DNA of 48,686 nt from Thraustochytrium aureum (Eukaryota), in assembly GCA_012862495.1 (NCBI GenBank), contig BLSG01000037.1, positions 46,721 to 95,406 on the forward strand, read 5' to 3'. Position 1 is the first letter of the stretch, and each line of letters starts with the position of its first letter. Below the pieces are notes generated by a model. That model was given only the letters and a program-made list of their open reading frames with translations, had not been told where the DNA came from and did no database searches. Below, one piece after another: positions 20,941 to 30,990 of this stretch. The translations under genes were made by a program, and so were the position numbers.

Positions 20941-23184
20941 CTAGACAACGGTGTTGAGCTTTTTCAGAATCTGGCGGGTGATGTCGGAAAAGGCGGCTTG
21001 CTTGGCCTGCAAAACTTTGTCTGCATGCAGCTTGGAGAGGATCTTGCAGTTTGCACGCTCGAAACTGAGCACGTAGATACAGCGAAGGCTGACGTCGACG
21101 AGGATGCGCTTGTCCTCCGCCGGCGCGGTCTCCACAATGCCCAGCAGCAAGTCAAGCGCGAGGCGGCCAATTGTGCGCTTGTTTTCTTCGTGGCGGATCG
21201 CCAGGTTCTTCAGTGCAAAAATGACCGTCACGCGAAGGCTGTCGCGCTGCACAGTCAACTCGCCATACTTGTCCATGAGGAGGTCGACGAGCACCCGAAT
21301 CGAGCGCGACTGCTCGAAGCGCGCGCCCTTGAACGTTCGGTCCGACTCGATCTCGTACCCGAGCGCGTTGGTGATCCTCTGGCGCAAGCGCGTGTCGCTC
21401 GCCAGGTTGCCGATCACCGCGCAGGCCTGTATGATGATGCGCGTCGAATGGTAGTGGGGCGGGAACGAGTTGCGCTGCAAGAGGCGCATGAGAGCCTCGA
21501 TGGCCTTGAACTTGGCAACCTGGCCGCGGTACTGCTCTGACTTGGTGCAGTTGTTGAGCAGCGAGCAGCTGTGCCGCACCAGGTCCGCGTGTTTGCTGTG
21601 CAGAAACTGGCAAACGCGGCGGATCGCGCCGCCGGCCATTACACGGTTCTTGAGGACAGTGTTGTTTTTGGTAAAGTTGACGAGCGTGGAGACGATGAGG
21701 ACGGCGACGCGCTCGTTGGTGCTCTCGTCATNNNNNNNNNNNNNNNNNNNNNNNNNNNNNNNNNNNNNNNNNNNNNNNNNNNNNNNNNNNNNNNNNNNNN
21801 NNNNNNNNNNNNNNNNNNNNNNNNNNNNNNNNNNNNNNNNNNNNNNNNNNNNNNNNNNNNNNNNNNNNNNNNNNNNNNNNNNNNNNNNNNNNNNNNNNNN
21901 NNNNNNNNNNNNNNNNNNNNNNNNNNNNNNNNNNNNNNNNNNNNNNNNNNNNNNNNNNNNNNNNNNNNNNNNNNNNNNNNNNNNNNNNNNNNNNNNNNNN
22001 NNNNNNNNNNNNNNNNNNNNNNNNNNNNNNNNNNNNNNNNNNNNNNNNNNNNNNNNNNNNNNNNNNNNNNNNNNNNNNNNNNNNNNNNNNNNNNNNNNNN
22101 NNNNNNNNNNNNNNNNNNNNNNNNNNNNNNNNNNNNNNNNNNNNNNNNNNNNNNNNNNNNNNNNNNNNNNNNNNNNNNNNNNNNNNNNNNNNNNNNNNNN
22201 NNNNNNNNNNNNNNNNNNNNNNNNNNNNNNNNNNNNNNNNNNNNNNNNNNNNNNNNNNNNNNNNNNNNNNNNNNNNNNNNNNNNNNNNNNNNNNNNNNNN
22301 NNNNNNNNNNNNNNNNNNNNNNNNNNNNNNNNNNNNNNNNNNNNNNNNNNNNNNNNNNNNNNNNNNNNNNNNNNNNNNNNNNNNNNNNNNNNNNNNNNNN
22401 NNNNNNNNNNNNNNNNNNNNNNNNNNNNNNNNNNNNNNNNNNNNNNNNNNNNNNNNNNNNNNNNNNNNNNNNNNNNNNNNNNNNNNNNNNNNNNNNNNNN
22501 NNNNNNNNNNNNNNNNNNNNNNNNNNNNNNNNNNNNNNNNNNNNNNNNNNNNNNNNNNNNNNNNNNNNNNNNAAGGCCTTGCCCTCCAGCGCGCCACCCC
22601 GGTGACAGCTGGCTTCCCAAAGTGCAGCTCGTGCTTGACGTCCACTACGAACGGCGAGCTCGGCATCTGCCAGTGCTGAAACATGTAGTCTGTGCGAAAG
22701 TACGTCTCGAACTCGGACAGCAACTTTTCCCTGTCGGTGCTCCGGAATGTGACTTTCTCCGGAAAGCAATCCTCCTCGGGAATAGCAGGACCCATGCTTT
22801 GCTCGCTCGTGTTTGTGGCGGGGGCGGGGTCGCGCCTCTGGGGGACCAGCGGCACGCCAGCGATCACGTAAACGGCGAACAGCTCGGCGTTGGACAAGTC
22901 TGCTTCGCAGCGCTCCATACAACTGTACGGGCACGAGTACATGATTCCATCGCGTTCCAGGCCGTCCATGTCCCTGTCCACGATAAACATCGCATACTTG
23001 CCAAAGCACAGGTAGCAGAGCTCTTCTTCGTCCTCCAGTATCGACGTGTTCACCAGCGAAAAGTACTTTAATGGCGCTCCAGTCACCGCGCTCAGCGCTT
23101 CATGCGCACGTCCTGTCAGCGCCCCGCATGTCTCCGCAGCCGCGCCGGTCCCCGCTTACCTTTCAGCACGCTAGCGCTCGACAT
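20941..23184 (-). CDS. Armadillo-repeat protein; exon 1 23160-23184, intron 23098-23159, central gap
   Basis: C-terminal ARM-like repeats (LVNFTK..VMAGGAIRRVCQFL; ACAVIGNLA; VIFALKNLA). ATG-SSASVLK, a GTAAGC donor, a GCTGAC branch and an AAG acceptor splice in frame to ALSAVTGAPLKYFSLV. Confidence 0.75.
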
Positions 23185-23467
23185 TCTTCGAGCCCCAAGG
23201 CGGTTGGCCGGCCGCCCAAGGAGCGCGCAACCCGCAGCCAACTAAAAACCAAGGCGCGGCGCGACCGCCAAGCCAACCTGTCCTTCTCGCGAGGTCCTAC
23301 CAAGCGAATCGGCCCGCCCGCCCGCCCGCCCGCTCTCCCGCCTGCGCGCTCTCCCGCCTGCGCGCTCGCCTGTCCCTCAGGGATCTACCTACTATCTGCT
23401 ACGAGTGCTCTTGTCTCTTCGCACTGCGCGCTACCAAACCCCCCTGAGCGAACAATGAATGTTCTTT

Positions 23468-23735
23468 ACTTTGTTCATTCTGTTCTTCTTCAAGGAACTC
23501 GCCGCTGGTCTTTGTTCATTCTGTTCTTCTTCAAGGAACTCGCCACAGGTCTTTGTTCATTCTGTTCTTCTTCAAGGAACTCGCCGCTGGTCTTTGTTCA
23601 TTCTGTTCTTCTTCAAGGAAATCGCCGCTGGTCTTTGTTCATTCTGTTCTTCTTCAAGGAAATCGCCGCTGGTTTTTGTTCATTTTGTTCTTATTCAAGG
23701 AACTCGCCGCAGGTCTTTGTTCATTTTGTCTTTGT
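23468..23735. repeat. 41-bp tandem repeat, ~6.5 copies, T-rich
   Basis: caagg anchors at 23491, 23532, 23573, 23614, 23655 and 23696. Unit tctttgttcattctgttcttcttcaaggaa(c/a)tcgccgctgg. No unique spacers. Confidence 0.95.
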
Positions 23736-23955
23736 TGATTGAAGGATCAAAGGAACGATCGTGGGGCGTGCATGCGGTCAATCTTGATTGATTTTGGTTT
23801 GGGGCCTTTGGGCGCAATGGGCGCCAGTCATGATCAGAGTCAGACCGTGACAGCAGTGGAGTTGACGAGACGACGCACGGCTGGGACAGACTGCGATCAG
23901 ACAGGCAGCAGCAGCAGTTGAGCGCGCGGGCGGGAGGCAGAGAAGGGCGCGAAAG

Positions 23956-25401
23956 ATGGCTGGCAGGATGGACAATGTGTACGAGAATCCGCTGACGAAG
24001 CGGTACGCGAGCGCGCAGATGAGCGCGACGTGGTCGGCCAACAAAAAGTTTTCGACGTGGCGGCGAATCTGGCTCGCGCTCGCGGAGTCGCAGAAGGAGC
24101 TCGGGCTGCAGATCTCGGAGGAGCAGCTCGAGGAGATGCGCGAGAATCAGACCAACATCAACTACGAGTACGCGGAGGAGATGGAGAAGAAGCTGCGGCA
24201 TGACGTGATGAGCCACATCCACGCCTGGGGCGAGCAGTGCCCGAAGGCGCGGCCGATCATCCACCTCGGCGCGACGAGCTGCTTCGTGGTAGACAACACG
24301 GAGCAGATCCAGGTCGCAGAGTCCATGCGCCTCGTGCACGACAAGCTCGTTGTGCTCATGAGCCGGCTCGCCGAGTTTGCAGCGGAGCATCGCAAGCTGC
24401 CCACGCTCGGGTTCACCCACTTTCAGCCCGCACAGCTCGTCACGGTCGGCAAGCGCGCATGCCTGTGGCTCCAGGACTTTATGCTCGACTACCACCGCCT
24501 CGTGCGTGAGATGGACATCCCGCTGCGCGGCGTCAAGGGCACGACCGGGACGCAGGCCAGCTTTCTGGAACTCTTCGAGGGCGACGGCGACAAGGTCAAG
24601 AAGCTCAACAAGCTGGTGCTCGCCCGCCTCGGGTTCCAGCGCTCGATTGGCGTCTCGGGCCAGACCTACACGCGCAAGCTCGACTTCTTCGTGCTCTCCG
24701 TGCTCTCCGGCATCGCGCAGTCCGCGCACAAGATGGCAACCGACATCCGCCTCCTGGCCAACATGAAGGAGATCGAGGAGCCCTTCGGGAAGAACCAGGT
24801 CGGCTCGAGCGCGATGGCGTACAAGCGCAACCCGATGCGCTCGGAGCGCATCTGCTCGCTCGCCCGCTACGTGATGAGCTTGCTGGAGAACGCTGCCTTC
24901 ACGCACTCGACGCAGTGGCTCGAGCGCACGCTGGACGACTCGGCCAACCGCCGCCTCATCCTGCCCGAGGCCTTCCTTGGAGTGGACGCGATCCTCACGA
25001 TCGCGATCGATGTCGTGACCGGGCTCCATGTGTGGCCCAAGGTCGTCGAGGCGCACGTCATGGCGGAGCTCCCCTTCATGGCCACCGAGAACATCCTCAT
25101 GGAGTGCGTCAAGAAGGGCGGCGATCGGCAGACCTTGCACGAGGTCATCCGGGAGCACTCGATGGCCGCTGGGTACCGCGTCAAGGGCGAGGGCGCCGAG
25201 AACGACTTGCTCGAGCGCATCCGCGCCGACAGCAACTTTGCCCCTGTGCACGACCACCTGGACGAGCTCGTCAACCCGATCAACTTTGTAGGCCGAGCCC
25301 CGGAGCAGGTTGTCGAGTTCATCGACGAGGAGATCACGCCTATTCTCAAGGCGAACGCCTCTGTCATCGACAGTTTTGTGCAATCGGGCCTCAGCGTGTG
25401 A
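23956..25401 (+). CDS. ADSL: Adenylosuccinate lyase
   Basis: YENPLTKRYAS, RHDVMSH, IHLGATS, GFTHFQPAQ, fumarate-lyase signature GSSAMAYKRNPMRSE, ERTLDDSANRR; 481 aa, intronless. Confidence 0.98.
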   Translation: MAGRMDNVYENPLTKRYASAQMSATWSANKKFSTWRRIWLALAESQKELGLQISEEQLEEMRENQTNINYEYAEEMEKKLRHDVMSHIHAWGEQCPKARPIIHLGATSCFVVDNTEQIQVAESMRLVHDKLVVLMSRLAEFAAEHRKLPTLGFTHFQPAQLVTVGKRACLWLQDFMLDYHRLVREMDIPLRGVKGTTGTQASFLELFEGDGDKVKKLNKLVLARLGFQRSIGVSGQTYTRKLDFFVLSVLSGIAQSAHKMATDIRLLANMKEIEEPFGKNQVGSSAMAYKRNPMRSERICSLARYVMSLLENAAFTHSTQWLERTLDDSANRRLILPEAFLGVDAILTIAIDVVTGLHVWPKVVEAHVMAELPFMATENILMECVKKGGDRQTLHEVIREHSMAAGYRVKGEGAENDLLERIRADSNFAPVHDHLDELVNPINFVGRAPEQVVEFIDEEITPILKANASVIDSFVQSGLSV

Positions 25402-25643
25402 AAGGGGTGAAAGGTGGAGGGCAGTTGGTGAGGGGGGGGAATAAGCTGCAAGTTTTCCACTTCAAGCCGTTCTACCACCAACACCTACTCGCCTCGACGC
25501 GTTCGCCATCGTCACAAGGCCTGGCTTGCTTGCTTTCGGGCCGGCCGCGAACGAACCGCCGGCCACACTCCCGCCCAGCTCTCGCTCTATCGAGCGGTCC
25601 GGCTTTGCCGAGCCCTTCGAAAGGGAACTAACTATCTCTACAG

Positions 25644-28600
25644 CTAGCTGTCCCGGCCGGTGTGGCCACCAAACTTGCTCGCGAGCTCCGCAACGCTCGT
25701 TTTGTGCCCACGCGCGGGCCCGGCGGGCTTGCTCGGACTGGCGTCAAATTTGCTTGCAAGGGCGGCAACCGAGCCTGTTCGCGGCTTTTCCACGGCAGTC
25801 TCGGTTGCCGACGACAAACCCGCGCCGCCGCTCGGTTCTGACTTGGCTGAAGGGGGCGAGTCACAGCGCGGTTGAGACCTCTCAAAGTGCTCCCGGGCGA
25901 GCGCGACAGCCGACTTTGGCTCCGAGTCATCGGATGGCCCAGGTCTGCCGATCGACAGCGGAGGCGGAGCCGCGGGTTTAGCATCAAACTTGGCCCGTGC
26001 GGCGGCCACTGCAGACAAAGGCGACGCGCCATCGCCCTCCGAACTGCGACGAGCACTGGCTGCCCCGCCAGCTTGGTCTGGCTTCCCCTTGCCTGACTGG
26101 CCAGCATTTGAGCTTGGCCCCCGTGTTTCATTCGAAGAGTTGGGTTTCGCTACTTTGGTGACGCTTGATTCGCGCTGCTCCAACTTGCTCAATACGCTTG
26201 CCACGCTGCTGGTCCTTGTTGCGCTCTCTTTGGCGTCCGTTGTGAATCGCCGTTGTGGCATTGGTGCTTTTGCGCCAAACACGGCCCGTCCCGCCGGAGC
26301 GGCAGGTTCCCCCCGAACGTCGAGGCGCTGCCCTACGTGCGACAAGCTGGAACCGGGCAGCGCGGCTGGTGCCCGGGTCGAAGGCAGGCCTGTCGTTTGG
26401 CCAGCCAGGGAGTCAAAGCGGGCGCGTACTTGGGCGACCGTTGGCTGCGCAAGGGTGTCCTCCTGACTTGGGCAGGAAGCAGCGGCGCTCGAGGCACTGT
26501 CGTGCTTTGGTGGTGGGTGCTTGAGCTCAAACCTGCCGCGAACGTCGGCGAATGATCTGCCGTGCTGCTCCTCAGAGCCTTTTTCGCTGTTGCACTCGTT
26601 GTCCATGTCTCCAGCGCTCGCGTTCAAAGTCGAGACTGAACCTTGCCCGTCAAGCCGAGCGTCCTCGTCGGCTGCGCCACCAGCGCCGCCGCCGCCGCCG
26701 CAGGGGTGTGTTTCCACCGGAATGAGCGGCTCGGCAAAGTCATCGGCCAGGCCAGTTTCAAAGCTGCTCGCCGCGGACCGCGACAGGGGCTCGGCATCTT
26801 CACTCGGCAACCCAGCCTCGCTGCTTGTTTCAACAGAATCCGACAAGGAAACGCTCCACCGGCGCCCCGCGGAGGCGGAGAGTGTCGTACTCGCCACTTC
26901 GCTGACAGTCAGGCTGGCCTCGCCTTCGACATGGTCATAGCCGCTGCCCAACGCGTCCTGCCGGGGGGCAAAATCCAACTCGTCTTGAACCTGCGAACTA
27001 GTTTGGTCTGTGCCGTGGACGGAAGGCTCCAGCGAACGGGAAGCCTCGGCGGGCGCCTCTTCGATTCGGTTAGGGAGTGGTGGCGGCGGCCGTCGATGGC
27101 TGTCGTCTGCGGCCATGATCGCTTTGGCGCGGTTGCGTGCAGACAAAGGCTCGGCGGCGTCTTCGTGCCCCTGAGCGGTCGTGGGTGTTGAAACAGGTGG
27201 CGGTGGCCGGCGCCCCGGCGCTTTAGGGCGATCCAGCCCTGTCGTGGAGGCCAGCGGCGGTGTTGGCGGGGGCGGCGGGCGACCTGATCCCTGCGCATGG
27301 CGTGACGTTGGCGGAAAACCTGGGTCGGCCGCTCGACTTTCACCTCCTGCGGGGCTCGAGTTGCGGCGAGGCGGGGCCCGCCGCGGCGGCGCGTGAACGG
27401 GGCCTGGCGCGCCAGTACTGAGCTCATGACGAACCGAAACCACTGTGGGCGGCTGGAGGTCTTCAGCGGGCGAGAACTGGATCTGGGCTTCTGGCGCCCG
27501 AGGCGGCAGCGGAGGCGGCAAAGGCGGCGTAAACGAAGTCGCCTGCGCGCTCTCGAACTCCCGCGGAGGCGGAGGCGGTGGTGGAGGTGGAGGCGGCGGA
27601 GGGGAAGGCGCGAGGGCGCCGAACTGGCTTCCGCGCCGCATTGTCTGAGCCTGGACAAACTGCATCGGCTGGAGCGGAGGCCCCGAGAGCGGAGGCGGCG
27701 GCGGCGGGGCAAGCAATACTGGGAGCGAGTCGAGCCCGAGCAGGTCTTCTGTCGGTGGCGGACGTGGCGGGCGAACAGGCGGGGCGCGCCGCGTCGGCGG
27801 AGGCGTCGGCTTGACGCTGACTAGGGGATTGAAGTCCTGTTGGTGGATGTCGCGAAACCTGGGGAAGGGTGCCGTCTTGCACTTTGGCGTCTGATCGGCC
27901 TCGGCTTCCTTGCGGCGCCGCTGCGCAAGGAACAATTTGTGGCCTGTAACGCGGCTGCGCTCCCAGACGAGCCGTTCCCTGTCCATGAGGATCTTGTACA
28001 CCTCTCGAGCAGCCCGCCGAAGGTGCGGAGAGGGCGAGCGCAGCAAGGGCACGATGCGCGCGATGTGCTTGAGCGCCGAGCAGAGCACCACCTCAGACCC
28101 GGCGGAGAGCAGGTACTGGAGTAGCAGCATCGCATTGAAGACCGAGCGCCACTGCTTGTCAGAGGCTTGCCGCACGCGCGCCCAAATGGCCTTGTTGCCC
28201 GCCAGGGCCAGCGTGACATCAAACGAGCGCTGCGCGAGGCGCTCGAACGCTTTGTCCTCGTCCAAGTTGTAGTCGAGGCCCGCCTTGCTAGTTAGCGGCA
28301 TGGCCTCGAGCGCCTCGTTTACCGCCGCAGGCGGCGGGGAGCTCTTGCGGACCGGCATGTGCTGGCTGACGCAGCGCTTCACGTCAGCAAAGGTAAAGTC
28401 GCCGTGGATCTGGTCCAATGCGGCATGGTAGAGCTGGTCTTCCGCGCTCTGGCGTAGCGCGGCCCCATCGCTTTGGCGCATTATCCCCACCGCGGCGCCC
28501 GCTCCGTCGGGCGAGCTGCGCTTTGGGGAGTTGAACTGCAGGCGGCGCTGGATGTCGAGGAACTGGCGCTCCACAAAGTTGTTGAACATTTGCGTGCCGA

Positions 28601-29789
28601 CAAACTCGGCAACAAAGTGGCGGAGATTGATGTCCACGATGCTGTTCACGAAGCGGGCCTTGTCGATGGTCATGGACTTGACGGTCCCAAAGCGCGCCAC
28701 GTAGCCGAATAAGTAGAGATGGAAGCTGAGCCAGAGCACCTTGAGCGTCTGCTCGTTGATCTGGTGGTGCGACCCGGCCTTGTTGAAAAGCGTCGCGAGT
28801 TCGCCTGCGAACACTGACCCTATCCGCATCGCTTCGTCAGTGCGGGCTCGCGAGAACGGCTTGTTGTCTTGCGACATGGCCCCGTACCTGAAAATCCCGA
28901 GCTTGGAGCTCTTGCTCACTGAACCATTGTCCAGGTCGGCGATAACGACGTCGCCGACGAGCGGGTTGTCCAGGTGGCTCTCAAAGCAGCTCAGGACCCC
29001 GACCAAGTAGGGCGAAGGCGCGGCAAGGTACTCGAGCAGGTGCTCTGGCATCAGCGGCACGAGCATGTGTTGCCAGACGAACGGATAAAGGAGCGCCAGG
29101 ATTCCGTGAATGACGATGCTTAGTTTCGTCTCGCTTTTTGACTTGAAGATAACCCGGTGCTCGGTCATGATCGCGCCCATGAGGACGTGAAGCCGGTCGG
29201 GTCGCAGGTGCCTCAGAACGAGGTTGGCGTGCCCTCGGTCGCAGAGCCGAGGTCGCACGAAGCGGTACTTGTTCATGACGTCCAGCGACGCGCTCACCAC
29301 TTCGAAGGCCTCCCCAGGCGCTGGAAGTGGATGCACGGCGCCCAAGGCCTCGAGAAGGTTGCGCATGGATGCTTCGTCTACGAGGCGCCGGCCTGCGAGG
29401 CAGTCTAGCACGCGAAGGAATAGGTCGACCTCAAATCGACTCGAGACAATGCAGAGGACCTCGGGATACCGCTTTCCGATGTCGTATCGGGCAGTGTTTC
29501 CTGGGGGGAGGAGCTTGAGGCAGAACCCGAACAAGTACTCGCCGTTGGCTAGCGTCAGCGCGAACACGTACGTGAACGGCGCCATGTAGCTGCGTTTCTC
29601 TTCGAAGCGCAGTTTGGGGAAGGCAAACGGGCCCAGCGCCTCCATGCCGCTGTCCATCCCGCGGATCTTTTGCTTGTCGCGCGGAAACTGCCATCTCAAG
29701 TTGGCGGATTTCGAGCCGTCGGTCTCCTCGTCCACACCAAAGAGGGCAAAGCACTCGAACAGGCCGTTCTCGACCTCCGCCGCGGCCAT
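25644..29789 (-). CDS. DENN-domain Rab GEF with ENTH-like domain and long Pro-rich tail
   Basis: uDENN/DENN/dDENN motifs (FVFALT-like YVFALTLANG..FGFC; LLYPFVWQHMLVPLMP..APSPYLVG; FVGTQMFNNFVE). ENTH-like IWARV...KQWRSVFNAMLLLQYLLSAGSE. Polyproline runs. Confidence 0.88.
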   Translation of the reverse strand: MAAAEVENGLFECFALFGVDEETDGSKSANLRWQFPRDKQKIRGMDSGMEALGPFAFPKLRFEEKRSYMAPFTYVFALTLANGEYLFGFCLKLLPPGNTARYDIGKRYPEVLCIVSSRFEVDLFLRVLDCLAGRRLVDEASMRNLLEALGAVHPLPAPGEAFEVVSASLDVMNKYRFVRPRLCDRGHANLVLRHLRPDRLHVLMGAIMTEHRVIFKSKSETKLSIVIHGILALLYPFVWQHMLVPLMPEHLLEYLAAPSPYLVGVLSCFESHLDNPLVGDVVIADLDNGSVSKSSKLGIFRYGAMSQDNKPFSRARTDEAMRIGSVFAGELATLFNKAGSHHQINEQTLKVLWLSFHLYLFGYVARFGTVKSMTIDKARFVNSIVDINLRHFVAEFVGTQMFNNFVERQFLDIQRRLQFNSPKRSSPDGAGAAVGIMRQSDGAALRQSAEDQLYHAALDQIHGDFTFADVKRCVSQHMPVRKSSPPPAAVNEALEAMPLTSKAGLDYNLDEDKAFERLAQRSFDVTLALAGNKAIWARVRQASDKQWRSVFNAMLLLQYLLSAGSEVVLCSALKHIARIVPLLRSPSPHLRRAAREVYKILMDRERLVWERSRVTGHKLFLAQRRRKEAEADQTPKCKTAPFPRFRDIHQQDFNPLVSVKPTPPPTRRAPPVRPPRPPPTEDLLGLDSLPVLLAPPPPPPLSGPPLQPMQFVQAQTMRRGSQFGALAPSPPPPPPPPPPPPPREFESAQATSFTPPLPPPLPPRAPEAQIQFSPAEDLQPPTVVSVRHELSTGAPGPVHAPPRRAPPRRNSSPAGGESRAADPGFPPTSRHAQGSGRPPPPPTPPLASTTGLDRPKAPGRRPPPPVSTPTTAQGHEDAAEPLSARNRAKAIMAADDSHRRPPPPLPNRIEEAPAEASRSLEPSVHGTDQTSSQVQDELDFAPRQDALGSGYDHVEGEASLTVSEVASTTLSASAGRRWSVSLSDSVETSSEAGLPSEDAEPLSRSAASSFETGLADDFAEPLIPVETHPCGGGGGAGGAADEDARLDGQGSVSTLNASAGDMDNECNSEKGSEEQHGRSFADVRGRFELKHPPPKHDSASSAAASCPSQEDTLAQPTVAQVRARFDSLAGQTTGLPSTRAPAALPGSSLSHVGQRLDVRGEPAAPAGRAVFGAKAPMPQRRFTTDAKESATRTSSVASVLSKLEQRESSVTKVAKPNSSNETRGPSSNAGQSGKGKPDQAGGAASARRSSEGDGASPLSAVAAARAKFDAKPAAPPPLSIGRPGPSDDSEPKSAVALAREHFERSQPRCDSPPSAKSEPSGGAGLSSATETAVEKPRTGSVAALASKFDASPSKPAGPARGHKTSVAELASKFGGHTGRDS

Positions 29790-30088
29790 CACGCCCGCGC
29801 TCGCCGCCCTCGCCGCCCTGGGCCCGCCAACCCGCCGCCGCCAAGCAGAGCGAGCGTTGCAGACCCGCCCAACAAGGCCTTGACAGATTAATGGCCAGCC
29901 NNNNNNNNNNNNNNNNNNNNNNNNNNNNNNNNNNNNNNNNNNNNNNNNNNNNNNNNNNNNNNNNNNNNNNNNNNNNNNNNNNNNNNNNNNNNNNNNNNNN
30001 NNNNNNNNNNNNNNNNNNNNNNNNNNNNNNNNNNNNNNNNNNNNNNNNNNACGGCCTCAAGCTCCACCCTCGCCCTTTGTTTTTCTGC

Positions 30089-30629
30089 GACGATGAGCCC
30101 AGACACAATCCACGCCTGTCCCGTGCATTGAGTTCGAGTACTTCTCGTGCACTCTTCGCAGGCGCCGTCAACGAGCGCAACGCCGCCCGGACCTCCCAGC
30201 CGCAGGACATGCTCGCCCAGTGGATGCGCAAGGCGCCCATGGATTGTACGAAGCCTTCAGGCGCGGCCTGCCGCGATAAAGTCTGCGAGGATGTGGGGGT
30301 TCAACCCAGTTGCCTCGCTCTACGAGGCGGCGCGCCCGCTCAACCAGCGACGCCGGAGCTGGCATGCTCGCCGAGGAAACGCGCAAGACGGAAATAGATC
30401 GTGCGGAGCTTTCCGGCGACGAGGAGCCCAGACACAATCCACGGCTGTCCCGTGCATTGAGTTCGAGTAGGCCTACTTCTTGTGCACTCTTCGCAGGCGC
30501 CGTCAACGAGCGCAACGCCGCCCGGACCTCCCAGCCGCAGGACATGCTCGCCCAGTGGATGCGCAAGGCGCCCATGGATTGTACGAAGCCTTCAGGCGAC
30601 TTTTGCCGCGATAAAGTCCGCGAGGATGT
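30089..30629. repeat. Direct duplication of ~205 bp (30089-30295 and 30418-30629)
   Basis: Near-identical gagcccagacacaatccacg...gattgtacgaagccttcaggcg...gccgcgataaagtc at offset 329/335, with a 6-nt indel. Confidence 0.9.
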
Positions 30630-30990
30630 TGAAGGCGCTCCAGGTGCCGTGCTGGCCTGGGGATGCAGCCTGACCCCAGGGCGGTCCAGGAGGTCAGGGG
30701 GGCTGTGGCTGTGGCTGTGCGCGATCTGGGTTTGTCTACAAAAGTCGTAGTAGCAGCCGTGGGGATCCGCGGACAGCCAAGTTGTATGGCCCTGGTTTGT
30801 TGTTGTTGATCGCGCAGGTTGAGCAACGCGTCAAGCGCTGTTCGCACGGGGGTTCGGCGCAAGCATGCAGAGGCAGGGACCGGTCAGCAGACCTCTTTTG
30901 ATTTCATAAGAGCTCTGGGGCGTGGACTAGGTGCCATGGCGATTGCGTCTTCGGAACTAGCTCTGGCCTGAGAGAGGTACTCTGAGTGCC

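Noticed and set aside
23468..23735. 41-bp repeats as a CRISPR array
   Set aside because: Units are head-to-tail with no unique spacers, there are no cas genes, and the context is eukaryotic.
23695..25383. 562-aa ORF antisense to ADSL (similarly 42532-44127 against SHMT, 13082-14335 against DRG2, 4368-5582 against the TIR gene)
   Set aside because: Shadow ORFs from high GC3 codon bias; no recognisable motifs.
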